From Nitrosopumilus sp. (GTDB lineage: Archaea; Thermoproteota; Nitrososphaeria; Nitrososphaerales; Nitrosopumilaceae): 64,000 nucleotides of DNA. The notes under the pieces were generated by a model that saw only the letters and a list, made by a program, of their open reading frames with translations, searched no databases and was not told where the DNA came from. The DNA lies in assembly GCA_963662625.1 (NCBI GenBank), contig OY759726.1, positions 256,001-320,000 of the forward strand. The letters are read 5' to 3'. Of this stretch, positions 1-9,818 are shown piece by piece (within the stretch, counting starts at the first letter, position 1; each line of letters opens with the position of its first letter). A program made the position numbers and the translations under genes.

Positions 1-274
1 CGATCCCCACGCCCACGGCCTCGATCACCCCCCTGCCCGCGTAGTCGGCGTGGTTGAACCTGTAGCCCAGCATGTTGAACACCGCGATGTCGGACTCGGG
101 GGCGATGCCCTTCCCCACCGAGATCACCTGGCCGGAGGCCCCGTTCCTCGCGAGCCCGTCCAGGGACGGCGTGGATGCGGCCTCGAGCGGGGTCCTCCCG
201 CCCAGGTCCGGGTGCGGCAGGTCCCCGACCCCGTCCAGCAGCACGTAGACCATGCGAACGTCAGAGTTATCCAA
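1..274 (-). CDS. apgM: Cofactor-independent phosphoglycerate mutase, archaeal type (N-terminal part, runs off window)
   Basis: Manual translation from TTG at 274: MDNSDVRMVYVLLDGVGDLPHPDLGGRTPLEAASTPSLDGLARNG...PESDIA; LLDG.GD and TPLEAA.TP motifs. Confidence 0.85.
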   Translation of the reverse strand, partial: MDNSDVRMVYVLLDGVGDLPHPDLGGRTPLEAASTPSLDGLARNGASGQVISVGKGIAPESDIAVFNMLGYRFNHADYAGRGVIEAVGVGI

Positions 275-396
275 TCCCTTGCAGCTCCTGCCTTCCAAGG
301 CTCCGCGGCTCTCCTTTAAAGCTTGCAAAACGCGGCGCGCCGCGCCGCGCGGCGGCGAGAAAACGTTTTTACGCGCAGCGGTGGCCCTGACTAGTT

Positions 397-1419
397 ATGG
401 GCGGCATGCGCAAGGACTACGTTTCCGAGCGGTTCATGATCGTGTCCAAGAGTAACGGCATGGCGGCCGATCCCAAAAAGTCCCCGTACGCCCCCGGGAA
501 CGAGGCGCTGACCAACCCCTCCGTCCTGTCGCTCGTCGCCAAGGACGGCATGCTGCAGAGGCTGCAGGACAGCGACGACGACTACGTGAAGGGGTGGATG
601 ATCCGGGTGTTCGAAAGCAAGGACCCCATAGTCTCGGTCAACGCCGAGAACACCTACAGCGACGGGCCCCACTACAGCGAGCCGGCGTACGGGTACCACT
701 ACGTCGTCGTGGCGTCCCCCAACGAGAAGGACACGTTTGCCACCATCGACGCCGAGCAGTGGTCGAACGTCCTGGTGGTGATCCAGGAGAGGCTGCGGTG
801 GCTCTACACCCAGAAGGGCGTCACCTACGTGGCCATCTACGCCGACCACGGCGAGCTGGCCGGCGGCGGGAACCCCCACCCGCACCTCAACATAGTCACG
901 TTCTCCACCATCCCGCCGATCATCGAGGAGGAGGCGGAGTCCTCGCACAGGATCCTAAACGAGCTCGGGGTGTGCGCCATGTGCCAGACGGTGCAGAAGG
1001 AGATCAACGAGCCGGCCGACAGGCAGATACTCAAGACCGAGGGGTTCGTCGCGTTCTGCCCGTGGTCCCCGTCGCACCCGTACGAGTTCTGGATCGCCCC
1101 GAAGAAGCACACCACCAGCTTCTCCAAGATCACCCAGAAGGAGATCAACGACCTGGCCCTGATCATGAGGGCCACCCTGGGCGGGCTTGCCAAGGCCGTC
1201 AAGGGGGTGTCCTACAGCCTGGCATTCCACCTGTCACCCGAGAAGAAGAACCGCAGGCAGATCCACTGGCACATCGAGGTGTACCCCATAACAAAGCCGC
1301 AGTCGGGCATGGAGCGCGGCTACGGCATATTCCTCAACGACGTCTACCCCGAGCAGGTGGCCGAGGAGCTCGGCGCCGCCTGCAGGAGGGAGCTGGCCAA
1401 CCTGGTCGGGATAGAATAG
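397..1419 (+). CDS. galT: Galactose-1-phosphate uridylyltransferase (GalT/HIT superfamily)
   Basis: HPH nucleotidylation motif (NPHPHL), CxxC, PYEFWIAPKKH, HWHIEVYP. Confidence 0.8.
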   Translation: MGGMRKDYVSERFMIVSKSNGMAADPKKSPYAPGNEALTNPSVLSLVAKDGMLQRLQDSDDDYVKGWMIRVFESKDPIVSVNAENTYSDGPHYSEPAYGYHYVVVASPNEKDTFATIDAEQWSNVLVVIQERLRWLYTQKGVTYVAIYADHGELAGGGNPHPHLNIVTFSTIPPIIEEEAESSHRILNELGVCAMCQTVQKEINEPADRQILKTEGFVAFCPWSPSHPYEFWIAPKKHTTSFSKITQKEINDLALIMRATLGGLAKAVKGVSYSLAFHLSPEKKNRRQIHWHIEVYPITKPQSGMERGYGIFLNDVYPEQVAEELGAACRRELANLVGIE

Positions 1420-1460
1420 GGCCTGAATGGTTTATTTATCAACCGGGCCGCGTATCTGTC

Positions 1461-1901
1461 ATGGCGCTTGAAAAGTGGGCCGCGGTGGCCAGCCTGGGGC
1501 TGTTTGCCATGTTCGCCGGGGAGATGGCGTCCATATACAACTTCATGGCCGACCCCCCCGAGGACTTTGAGTTCGGCATCGTGTTTGAGGCAGACCCGAA
1601 GATCCTCCAGTTCATCTCCATCGGGGTGGCGCCAGGGGCGATCCTGGCCGCGCTGTCGTACATACTGTCCAGGCGCTTTGGCTCGAGGCAGAACGGCATG
1701 CTGCTGGTCGCCGGCGGCGCCGTCATGCTTGCCGGGATGGCGTACTGCCACGCGCTGCTGGACGGCATAGGGGAGCAGTTCGTCACCGGCGCGGTCACGG
1801 CTGCCCCCCCGGTGTTCATGGCCGTGTCCGCCGCCGTGATCGGCGTGGGGCTGAAGCTGACCAGGACGAGGAAGAGACGCCCCAGGAAGGAGTACTTTTA
1901 G
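1461..1901 (+). CDS. Hypothetical membrane protein (4 TM)
   Basis: ATG at 1461 after TATA-like tttatttatc; four hydrophobic segments; basic C-terminus. Confidence 0.75.
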   Translation: MALEKWAAVASLGLFAMFAGEMASIYNFMADPPEDFEFGIVFEADPKILQFISIGVAPGAILAALSYILSRRFGSRQNGMLLVAGGAVMLAGMAYCHALLDGIGEQFVTGAVTAAPPVFMAVSAAVIGVGLKLTRTRKRRPRKEYF

Positions 1902-2335
1902 CGGTGATCGAACCTCATCGCGTTTGCGGCGCGCCGGAACCCCAGCAGCTCGTAGAACGGCATCACCTCGTCGGAGCAGTCCAGCACCGTCTTGTAGCAG
2001 CCCGCGGACTCGGCGTACTCTAGCGCGCCCCTCACGAGCTTCTCCCCTATCCCCAGCCTCTGGTGCCTGGCGTTCACCGCGACGTCCTCGATGTGCGCGG
2101 CCTTCCCGCCGCCGTGGATGAACTTCTGCTCCACCAGGACGGTGGCGCACGCGACCACCCTCCCGTCAAGCTCCGCCACCAGGACGGCGTGGCCGGCGCC
2201 GGAGCTGATCTTCCCGAATATCTCCGCGGCCGCCTCGTCTCCCAGGCCGCTTGCGTCCCGCAGCGAATCAAGCGACGACAGGAACCCGTTCCGGAGGTCG
2301 TCCCGCCGGAGCTCCCTGATCTTTATGCCCGCCAT
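1898..2335 (-). CDS. GNAT acetyltransferase, glucosamine-6-phosphate N-acetyltransferase-like
   Basis: EQKFIHGGG..AHIEDVAV, GCYKTVLDCS, FYELLGF motifs. Confidence 0.85.
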   Translation of the reverse strand: MAGIKIRELRRDDLRNGFLSSLDSLRDASGLGDEAAAEIFGKISSGAGHAVLVAELDGRVVACATVLVEQKFIHGGGKAAHIEDVAVNARHQRLGIGEKLVRGALEYAESAGCYKTVLDCSDEVMPFYELLGFRRAANAMRFDHR

Positions 2336-2338
2336 GCC

Positions 2339-3040
2339 TCAGACGCCGCCCAGCCTCCTGATGCGGTCCCGGCTGGCCCTCCTGTAGGATTCCTTGTCCC
2401 CGATGTCCGTGAACCCCCTCCTCGAGACGAACCCGGTGACCAGCATCTTGCGCGCGATGGCCGCCCTTATGACCCTGTCCATCCCGTACGGCCTGCCCCC
2501 GGGTATGAGGTCCAGCACCTCCGGCTCCATCACGTAGCAGCCCATGTTGACGTTCGCCCGCACCTCCGGCTTTTCGTTCCATCCCGTCACCCTGCCCGAC
2601 CTGGCAGTCTCGATGACCCCGTACGGCATGCTGGCCTTGTGCTCGTAAATCCCCATCGTCACCGCGGCCCCCTTCTTCTTGTGCAGGGCCACCATCCTCC
2701 GCAGGCTGAAGTTGTAGAGGGAGTCCCCGTACATGCAGACGAAGCTGCCGTCGATGAACTCCTGCGCGGTCTTGAGCTGGCCGGCGGTCGCCAGCGGCCT
2801 GTCTGACACGGCGTACTCGATCTCCACCCCGAACCTCCTCCCGTCCTCGAAGTAGTCCTCGATGGCCCTCCTCAGGTAGCTGACGCAGAGGACCAGCGAC
2901 CTTATCCCGCTCCTCCGCGTCCAGTCCACCAGGTGCTCCAGGACGGGCTTCTCCCCCAGCGGCAGCATGGGCTTTGGCAGGAACATGGTGTACGGCAGGA
3001 GCCTTGTGCCCAGGCCCCCCGCGAGGACCACCGCTTTCAC
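2339..3040 (-). CDS. Sugar-phosphate nucleotidyltransferase
   Basis: AVVLAGGLGTRL.P.T...PKPMLP signature. Confidence 0.9.
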   Translation of the reverse strand: MKAVVLAGGLGTRLLPYTMFLPKPMLPLGEKPVLEHLVDWTRRSGIRSLVLCVSYLRRAIEDYFEDGRRFGVEIEYAVSDRPLATAGQLKTAQEFIDGSFVCMYGDSLYNFSLRRMVALHKKKGAAVTMGIYEHKASMPYGVIETARSGRVTGWNEKPEVRANVNMGCYVMEPEVLDLIPGGRPYGMDRVIRAAIARKMLVTGFVSRRGFTDIGDKESYRRASRDRIRRLGGV

Positions 3041-3070
3041 GTGGGTTGTTTGCGGCGTGGGTATTTATGT

Positions 3071-4417
3071 TCACGCGGGCGCCGTCCCCCCGCGCGGGGC
3101 GCCCGCCGGCCGGGCCAGCGCCCGCCTCAGCTTCCCGGCGACGTCCGCGGGGTTCCTGCCAAAGACTATCATCATGGGCTCCTTTCCAAAGTCCCCCCTG
3201 TGGAATACCGCGTCGGGCGCCCTCCTCGATCCCCTCACCGCGTGCCCGACCCCCCACCGCACGGACCCGCCCTCGGACCCCTTCACCGCCGCGGGCTCGG
3301 CGGCCCGGTCGTAGGACAGGACGACCATCCCGGACTCCCTCATCCGCGAGACGGTGCCCTCCCGGAGCCTTATGTTGACCGCCGAGCGCAGCGACGGGAA
3401 CCTCCCGCTTGCCGCCAGCACCGCAGACGCCACGTGCCTCGAGCCGCCGTACTTGAGGTCCCCCGCCACCACCGCGCGCCTCCCGGACCGCACGATCCTC
3501 CCCTCCACACCCATCACGTCGCCTGCCGACGCCGGGGAGGGCCTGGAGAACACGAAGTTCGTCTGGCATTCCGGGATCTCCCTGTACACCCCCCTGATCC
3601 CCACGAACTCGCGTATCCCGCCGCGCAGCTCGTCGCGTATGCGGTCTCCGCCGGCGGGCATCGTCACGCGCTCCCCCCGGCCCGCCTTCTCCGAGCCCCT
3701 GATCGACTCGTACGCGAACCGCTGCGAGAACCGCGCGGCTGCCTCCACGGGCATCCCGCACGCCAGGGAGTGGCAGAGCGCCACGGAGTAGTTGCACCCT
3801 CCCCCGTGGCCGGTCCTGCGGATCTTCCTGCGGGAGAGGCAGAGCCCCCTGCCTCCCGTCAGGACGTAGTCGGTCACCCTGCCCTCCGCGACCTCCAGCC
3901 CCGTGATCACGGCGCTTTCTGCCCCCATGCCGCAGAGCGCCTCGGCGGCCTCCCTCGCGGATCCCACCGAGTCGATCTCGGAGCCCGTCAGGAACTCCGC
4001 CTCGAACCTGTTGGGGGTGACCACCGTGGACAGCGGCAGCAGGAGCCTCTTCAGGTCGGCGGCGGCCCGCCTCCTGATCAGCATGCCCCCGGTGGTGGAC
4101 CTTACCACGGGATCCAGGACGGTCGGCAGGCCCCTGCCCTCCAGCTCCCCGCTGACGGCCCGGATGACGTCCCGGCTGTACACCATCCCCACCTTTACCG
4201 CGTCCACGTCAAAGTCAGAGAAGACCATCCCGAGCTGCCTCGCCATGGTCCTGGCCGACACCGGTTCCACGCCGCCGAACCTGGACGTGTTCTGGCTGGT
4301 TACCCCCGTGACCGCCGTGAGGCAGTGCGCGCCAAGCGACACGCACGACCTCACGTCTCCCTGTATCCCCGCGCCCGATGACGGATCGGATCCCCCGATG
4401 GACAGTATGTTGAGCAT
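3071..4417 (-). CDS. thiDN: Bifunctional HMP/HMP-P kinase and thiamine-phosphate synthase (ThiDN)
   Basis: SIGGSDPSSGAGIQGD, TPNRFEA, HGGGC; C-terminal ThiN domain (IPECQTN, GGSRHVA, GDFGKEPM). Confidence 0.9.
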   Translation of the reverse strand: MLNILSIGGSDPSSGAGIQGDVRSCVSLGAHCLTAVTGVTSQNTSRFGGVEPVSARTMARQLGMVFSDFDVDAVKVGMVYSRDVIRAVSGELEGRGLPTVLDPVVRSTTGGMLIRRRAAADLKRLLLPLSTVVTPNRFEAEFLTGSEIDSVGSAREAAEALCGMGAESAVITGLEVAEGRVTDYVLTGGRGLCLSRRKIRRTGHGGGCNYSVALCHSLACGMPVEAAARFSQRFAYESIRGSEKAGRGERVTMPAGGDRIRDELRGGIREFVGIRGVYREIPECQTNFVFSRPSPASAGDVMGVEGRIVRSGRRAVVAGDLKYGGSRHVASAVLAASGRFPSLRSAVNIRLREGTVSRMRESGMVVLSYDRAAEPAAVKGSEGGSVRWGVGHAVRGSRRAPDAVFHRGDFGKEPMMIVFGRNPADVAGKLRRALARPAGAPRGGTAPA

Positions 4418-4476
4418 CCCGTGACTAGGGCCACGGGCGCGGTTTTCTTAAATTTTTCACCTGCGGATCTCCTGGC

Positions 4477-4572
4477 TCACGACGACTCCCTGGCGCAGGA
4501 AAACGAGCAAAAGTTGTCATCCATGCTCTGGAACTCCCTCCCGCAGTGCAGGCAATTCCTCAGGGTCCTCAT
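4477..4572 (-). CDS. Small Cys-rich metal-binding peptide (31 aa)
   Basis: MRTLRNCLHCGREFQSMDDNFCSFSCARESS; CxxC and FCSxxC; TATA-like ttatatg about 25 nt upstream. Confidence 0.6.
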   Translation of the reverse strand: MRTLRNCLHCGREFQSMDDNFCSFSCARESS

Positions 4573-4727
4573 CACGGAATTAGGCCCCCGCTGCCATATA
4601 AGGCGAACGCGTCCCGCGGCGCTGGTGCCGGGGCCCCCGGGCGCGCGGGCCCCGCCGGCCGCCGGGGGCCCGGCGGCGGCCGCGCGTTCCCGCAATTGTT
4701 TAAATCAGGCCGCGCCCCAACCACGCC

Positions 4728-6056
4728 ATGGGAACGCAGATGGCCTCCGCCCGCAGGGGCGTCGCGACGGAGCAGATGAGGCAGGTGGCCAGGGACGAGG
4801 ACGTCACGCTGGACTGGCTCCTGCCCAAGATCGCCGCCGGCTCGGTCATCATACCCAGCAACAACGTCCGGCCCCAGGAGATCCACAACGTCGGGATCGG
4901 CAGGGGGCTGAAGACCAAGGTAAACGTCAACATAGGGACGTCCACGCTGAACGTGGACCTGGACGGGGAGATCGAGAAGGCCAGGGTCGCCGTAAAGTAC
5001 CACGCCGACACCATTATGGACCTCAGCGACGGCGGCGACGTCAGGAAGATCAGGCGGGCGCTGCTCGAGGAGGCCCCGATAACCTTCGGGACCGTGCCGA
5101 TTTACGAGGCGTACAGCCGCGGCGTGGAGGTCCACAAGAACCCGCTGAACCTGGAGGAGGACGACTTTGTCAAGGCCTTCGAGAACAACGCCGCCGACGG
5201 CGTCGACTATACCACCATCCACTGCGGCATCACCAGGGAGATCGCCGGGAGGATCCTCAAGGTCCGGCGCCACGGCGGGGTCGTGAGCAAGGGCGGCACC
5301 ATCACGGCGGCCTGGATGCTCAAGCACGACAGGGAGAACCCGTACGTGACCCACTACGACTACCTCATGGAGATCGCCCGGAAGCACGACGTCACTTTCA
5401 GCCTGGGCGACGCGCTGCGTCCCGGCTCCATCCTGGACTCCCACGACGAGCTCCAGGTGCAGGAGATGATCAACGTCGCCAGGCTGACCAGGAGGGCCCA
5501 CGAGAAGGACGTCCAGGTCATGGTGGAGGGTCCCGGGCACGTCCCGCTGAACGAGGTCGCCGCGAACGTCCGGCTCGCAAAGTCCCTGATCGGCGAGGTC
5601 CCGTACTACGTCCTGGGGCCGCTCGTGACAGACGTGGCGTCGGGGCACGACCACATCGCCAGCGCCATAGGCGCGGCGGTCTCCGCCAGCGAGGGCGTCG
5701 ACCTGCTGTGCTACCTGACCCCGTCCGAGCACCTCGCGCTGCCAGACGCCGGCGAGGTCAAGGCCGGCCTGATCGCCTACAGGATCGCCGCCCACGCGGG
5801 GGACCTGGTGAAGATCCGCGACAAGGCCATAAAGTGGGACATGGCGATGACCGAGGCGCGCAGGACGCTGGACTGGGAGAGGCAGCTGGCGCTGTCGATA
5901 GACCCCGAGGAGGCGGCCAGGATCCACGGCAGGACGGGCCAGCACCCCGGCAACAACGTCCCGTGCACGATGTGCGGCGGGGCGTGCGTGTACATGATGC
6001 TCCCCCAGCAAAAGTCGTACGGCGCGGAAGCCGAGGGGCTACAGCAGGCGGAGTAG
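4728..6056 (+). CDS. thiC: Phosphomethylpyrimidine synthase
   Basis: TKVNVNIGTS, GTVPIY, SLGDALRPG, EGPGHVP, C-terminal CTMCGGAC. Confidence 0.97.
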   Translation: MGTQMASARRGVATEQMRQVARDEDVTLDWLLPKIAAGSVIIPSNNVRPQEIHNVGIGRGLKTKVNVNIGTSTLNVDLDGEIEKARVAVKYHADTIMDLSDGGDVRKIRRALLEEAPITFGTVPIYEAYSRGVEVHKNPLNLEEDDFVKAFENNAADGVDYTTIHCGITREIAGRILKVRRHGGVVSKGGTITAAWMLKHDRENPYVTHYDYLMEIARKHDVTFSLGDALRPGSILDSHDELQVQEMINVARLTRRAHEKDVQVMVEGPGHVPLNEVAANVRLAKSLIGEVPYYVLGPLVTDVASGHDHIASAIGAAVSASEGVDLLCYLTPSEHLALPDAGEVKAGLIAYRIAAHAGDLVKIRDKAIKWDMAMTEARRTLDWERQLALSIDPEEAARIHGRTGQHPGNNVPCTMCGGACVYMMLPQQKSYGAEAEGLQQAE

Positions 6057-6443
6057 CACCCTCTCGAGGCTCGGGACGGTCCTGTAGTCGCCCAGCTCCT
6101 CCCTGGCGATCCACCTGTAGTCGGAGTTCTCCCAGTTCAGCCTGACCCTCCGGTCCCGCGCCTCGAACAGGAACGGGAACACCACCCACTCGTGGTTCGC
6201 GTACTGCGGGGATCCTATCCTCATCCTCTTGGCGGCCCGGACCAGCGATACCGCGTCCCCGGCCATGCCGGTCTCCTCGAGGATCTCGGTCCTTGCCCGG
6301 TACAGCGGGCTCTCGTCGCCCTCGATGATGCCGCTGACCCCAGACCACATCCCCTTCATGGTCCTCACCCGCCTGCTCCTCCTGAGGAGCAGCAGCCTCT
6401 GGTCGTTCCTGACGAATGCGGTGACTATCCTCGTGGAGCGCAT
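6039..6443 (-). CDS. NUDIX hydrolase
   Basis: From MRSTRIVTAF; Nudix box G..EGDES...ARTEILEETG; LNWENSDYRW. Confidence 0.85.
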   Translation of the reverse strand: MRSTRIVTAFVRNDQRLLLLRRSRRVRTMKGMWSGVSGIIEGDESPLYRARTEILEETGMAGDAVSLVRAAKRMRIGSPQYANHEWVVFPFLFEARDRRVRLNWENSDYRWIAREELGDYRTVPSLERVLLRLL

Positions 6444-6448
6444 GCTGG

Positions 6449-7300
6449 CTATTTCTCTACGGCCTTGACCATCCTGGTCAGCCTCTTGTACGAGTCGTCG
6501 AGGTCGACGTTCTCCGACAGCCGGTCCTGGCACGCCTTGATGTAGTTGACGACCTCCTCCGTCTTGGACTCCTGCACCGCCGTGAGCAGCCGCCCTATGT
6601 CCTTCCAGAGCTCCTCTGCCACCTTCCGGATCTCCGGGTTCGCGATGATCGTCTCTATGAGTTCGGGGGACTCTGTCATGATGCTTTCCGCGAGCGTCCT
6701 CTGGACCCTGAACGTCGTGCCGGACATCTTCTCCGTCAGGGCGATCTTCTCGTCCTTCGAGACGATGTTGGCGAAGACGAGGTTCATGAGGTGCGTGAGC
6801 CCCAGTATGACCGCGATCTTCTTGTCGTGCTCCGCGGCGTCGATCGTGACGAAGTTGGCCCCCTCGAAGAGCGACTTTGCGACGGCCAGCTCCTTCTTCG
6901 CGTCCTTGACGGGGACCGATATTATGTTCTGGCCCCTTATCGTCCTCACGCCGGGCCCGAACATCGGGTGGATGCATATCGGGTTGATCTTGGCGGGCAT
7001 CTTCGAGAGGGACGACACCACCTTGGACTTTTCCGAGGAGATCTCGATCATGTACGTCCCGCGCTTCATCTCCTTGGCGATCAGCCTGATTATCTCCGGC
7101 GTCCTCCGGGTGGGGATGCACAGGACGACGTAGTCGGCCTTGAGGATCCCGCCCACCAGCGACTCGGCCTTTATGACGCTCTTTCCGGGGATCCCGGTCT
7201 CCGTGTCGTACCCGGTCACCTCGAAGCCCTTGTCCAGGAAGTACTTTGAGAACCACTGCCCCATCTGGCCCCCCGCCCCGATCACGGTAAGCTTCTTCAT
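6449..7300 (-). CDS. tyrA: Prephenate/arogenate dehydrogenase
   Basis: IGAGGQMG Rossmann motif, HPMFGP, EHDKKIA..LGLTH; aro operon context. Confidence 0.9.
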   Translation of the reverse strand: MKKLTVIGAGGQMGQWFSKYFLDKGFEVTGYDTETGIPGKSVIKAESLVGGILKADYVVLCIPTRRTPEIIRLIAKEMKRGTYMIEISSEKSKVVSSLSKMPAKINPICIHPMFGPGVRTIRGQNIISVPVKDAKKELAVAKSLFEGANFVTIDAAEHDKKIAVILGLTHLMNLVFANIVSKDEKIALTEKMSGTTFRVQRTLAESIMTESPELIETIIANPEIRKVAEELWKDIGRLLTAVQESKTEEVVNYIKACQDRLSENVDLDDSYKRLTRMVKAVEK

Positions 7301-8658
7301 CCCGCATCACCCAGCATGCCGTTTAGTATATCCATACCTTGCATTAGTACATTTTCATCCTGGCACGCCGAAATCCTGATGAAGTTCCGGTAGTTCCCGA
7401 ACCCCTCCCCGGGCGCCACCGCCAGCCCCCTGTCCAGCAGGCCGTCGGCGAGCCTGGCCCCGTCCCGGCCGACCCCCGCGAACAGGTACATGGCCCCTTC
7501 CGGGCGCGCGAACTCCAGCCCCATCTCCCCGGCCCTGGCCTCCAGCGCGTCCAGCCTTCGCCTGACCGTGGCCGTGTTGCCCGAGGTGTCCGCCTCCAGC
7601 GCCCTCAGGGCGGCGTACTGGATCGGCTCGGCGACGCTGGTCAGGCACAGCGCGGCCAGCCCCTCCATCCTGCCGACTATGTCCTCGCTGGCGATCGCGC
7701 AGCCGATCCTGAACCCGGTCATCGCGTGCGACTTTGAGAACGACTGCGCCACGATGCTCCTGTCGTAGCCGTATGCAAGGACGCTCTTCCAGTCAGCGTA
7801 CGCATAGTCCGAGTAGATCTCGTCGCTCAGCACGTACAGGCCGTTCTCCCGGGCGATGCCGACGATCTCGTCCTGGAGGGCGCCCGGGAGTATCTTTCCC
7901 GTCGGGTTGTTCGGGTAGTTGAGCACGATCATCCTGGTGTTGGGGTTTACCATCCCCCTGATCCGGTCGGCGGAGGGCTCCCACCCCCCCTCCAGCGTCG
8001 TGGCCACCGTCCTGACCTTGGCGCCGGCGTACATGGCGCAGTCCCTGTACGCCGGCCACGCCGGCTCGATGACTATCACCTCGTCGCCCGGCCCGAGCAG
8101 CGTCATGACGGCGGAGAACACGGAGAACCTGGCCCCGGGGGCCACCAGGACGTTCTCCCGCGACACCTCCGCGCCGGACGCCCTCGAGGCGCGGGCTGCT
8201 AGTGCGTCCCTGAGGGCGGGCATCCCCCCAGCCTGCCCGTACCTCACGAGCCCCTTCCCGGAGGCCCGGCACAGCGCGTCGCCGGCCTCCCCCGGGGGCG
8301 CAAAGTCCGGTTCCCCCACCTCCATGTGGATCATCTTCCTCCCCTCCCCCTCGAGGGACTTGGCCCTGCGGAACACGGAGAGGTGGGTCTGCCTTCCGTC
8401 ACGCTGGACCCTCAGCGACTCGTTCAGCAGGAAGTTCAGGAACCTCGAGGACGCCAACGCGTCGAGGCCGATCCGGCCCGACACGGAGGCCACCTTCACG
8501 CGGAGGTCGTCCTCCCTGGCCTCGTCTACGACCCCCATCCCGGAGGCCCTCTTGGCCTCGCTTATCTCCCTTGCGAGGTCCGCCCTCTCCTTTAGCATCC
8601 TCACCATCTCGACTGTGATCTCGTCCATCCTGTCGCGGAGAGGGTTGAGGTCGGCCAT
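7297..8658 (-). CDS. Chorismate mutase domain fused to class I/II aminotransferase
   Basis: N-terminal AroQ-like LRDRMDEI...R..K...D..RE; PLP motifs NYPNNPTG, SDEIY, SFSKSHAMTGFRIG. Confidence 0.85.
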   Translation of the reverse strand: MADLNPLRDRMDEITVEMVRMLKERADLAREISEAKRASGMGVVDEAREDDLRVKVASVSGRIGLDALASSRFLNFLLNESLRVQRDGRQTHLSVFRRAKSLEGEGRKMIHMEVGEPDFAPPGEAGDALCRASGKGLVRYGQAGGMPALRDALAARASRASGAEVSRENVLVAPGARFSVFSAVMTLLGPGDEVIVIEPAWPAYRDCAMYAGAKVRTVATTLEGGWEPSADRIRGMVNPNTRMIVLNYPNNPTGKILPGALQDEIVGIARENGLYVLSDEIYSDYAYADWKSVLAYGYDRSIVAQSFSKSHAMTGFRIGCAIASEDIVGRMEGLAALCLTSVAEPIQYAALRALEADTSGNTATVRRRLDALEARAGEMGLEFARPEGAMYLFAGVGRDGARLADGLLDRGLAVAPGEGFGNYRNFIRISACQDENVLMQGMDILNGMLGDAG

Positions 8659-8661
8659 GGC

Positions 8662-9756
8662 TCACAGCACCGGCTTTATGGCCCCCGAGATGATCGCGTG
8701 GTCTGCCAGCGTCAGCGACACCAGCGAGTCGACGACCGGCGGGGCCCTCGGCACGACGCACGGGTCGTGCCTGCCCCCCACCCGCAGCGGCGTCTCCTCC
8801 ATCGTCCCGGCGTCCACAGTCTTCTGCTCCCGGGAGATCGACGAGGCCGGCTTGAAGGCCACCCTCATCGTGATCGGCATGCCGTTTGACAACCCCCCCA
8901 GGATCCCGCCCGAGTTGTTGGTCTCGGTGACGATCCTGCCGCCCTCCACGGCGTACAGGTCGTTGTTCTCCGAGCCGCGGATCTCCGATCCCGCGAACCC
9001 CGACCCGAACTCCACCCCCTTCACCGAGGGGATGGAGAACATCGCCCTTGCCAGGTCGGACTCGAGCGAGTCAAATATGGGATCACCCAGCCCCACCGGG
9101 ACGCCCGTCGTGACCGACTCGATCACGCCGCCCAGCGAGTCGCCGCTCCTCTTGGCCTCCAGTATGGCGTCCCTCATCCTCCCCGCGGACCGCGCGTCGG
9201 GGCACCTCACGTCGTTCCCGTAGATCGAGCCGGCCATCCCCCGCTCAAAGCCCCCCTCCATGCGGATCCCGCCGATCCGCGCGACGAACGAGTCCGTCCT
9301 CACCCCCAGGGCGTCCTCCAGCAGCTTCCTGGCTATCGCGCCCCCCATCACGTGGGTGGCGGTCAGCCTCCCGGAGAACCTGCCGCCCCCGCGGTGGTCG
9401 TTGAGGCGGCCGTACTTTACCATGGCGGGAAAGTCGGAATGGCCCGGCCTGAGCTTGGTCTCGAGGGCGTCATAGTCCCCCGACCTCTGGTCGGCGTTCC
9501 TGACCACCATGGCGATCGGGGCCCCCGTGGTGTGCCCCCTGAACACCCCCGACACGATCTCCACCCTGTCGGCCTCCTTCCTCTGGGTCGCGATCTCCGA
9601 CTGCCCGGGCCTCCGCAGGTCCAGCATCCGCTGGACGTCCCCCTCCTCGAGGTCCAGCCCCGCGGGGCACCCCTCCAGGACAGCCCCGATCGCGCTCCCG
9701 TGGCTCTCCCCGAAGCTCGTCAGCACGAGCCGGTGGCCGATTGAACTTCCTGGCAA
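8662..9756 (-). CDS. aroC: Chorismate synthase
   Basis: FGESHG, RPGHSD, NNSGGILGG, GRHDPC. Confidence 0.97.
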   Translation of the reverse strand: MPGSSIGHRLVLTSFGESHGSAIGAVLEGCPAGLDLEEGDVQRMLDLRRPGQSEIATQRKEADRVEIVSGVFRGHTTGAPIAMVVRNADQRSGDYDALETKLRPGHSDFPAMVKYGRLNDHRGGGRFSGRLTATHVMGGAIARKLLEDALGVRTDSFVARIGGIRMEGGFERGMAGSIYGNDVRCPDARSAGRMRDAILEAKRSGDSLGGVIESVTTGVPVGLGDPIFDSLESDLARAMFSIPSVKGVEFGSGFAGSEIRGSENNDLYAVEGGRIVTETNNSGGILGGLSNGMPITMRVAFKPASSISREQKTVDAGTMEETPLRVGGRHDPCVVPRAPPVVDSLVSLTLADHAIISGAIKPVL

Positions 9757-9818
9757 CGCATTGACAGCGCGCGCGGTACTTATAATTCCTCACGGCAGGC
9801 CGCCGGCTCCCCCGCGGG

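Noticed and set aside
4600-4727. TPP riboswitch upstream of thiC
   Set aside because: No UGAGA or CUGAU...AGCG cores; only a GC-rich stretch and a TATA box
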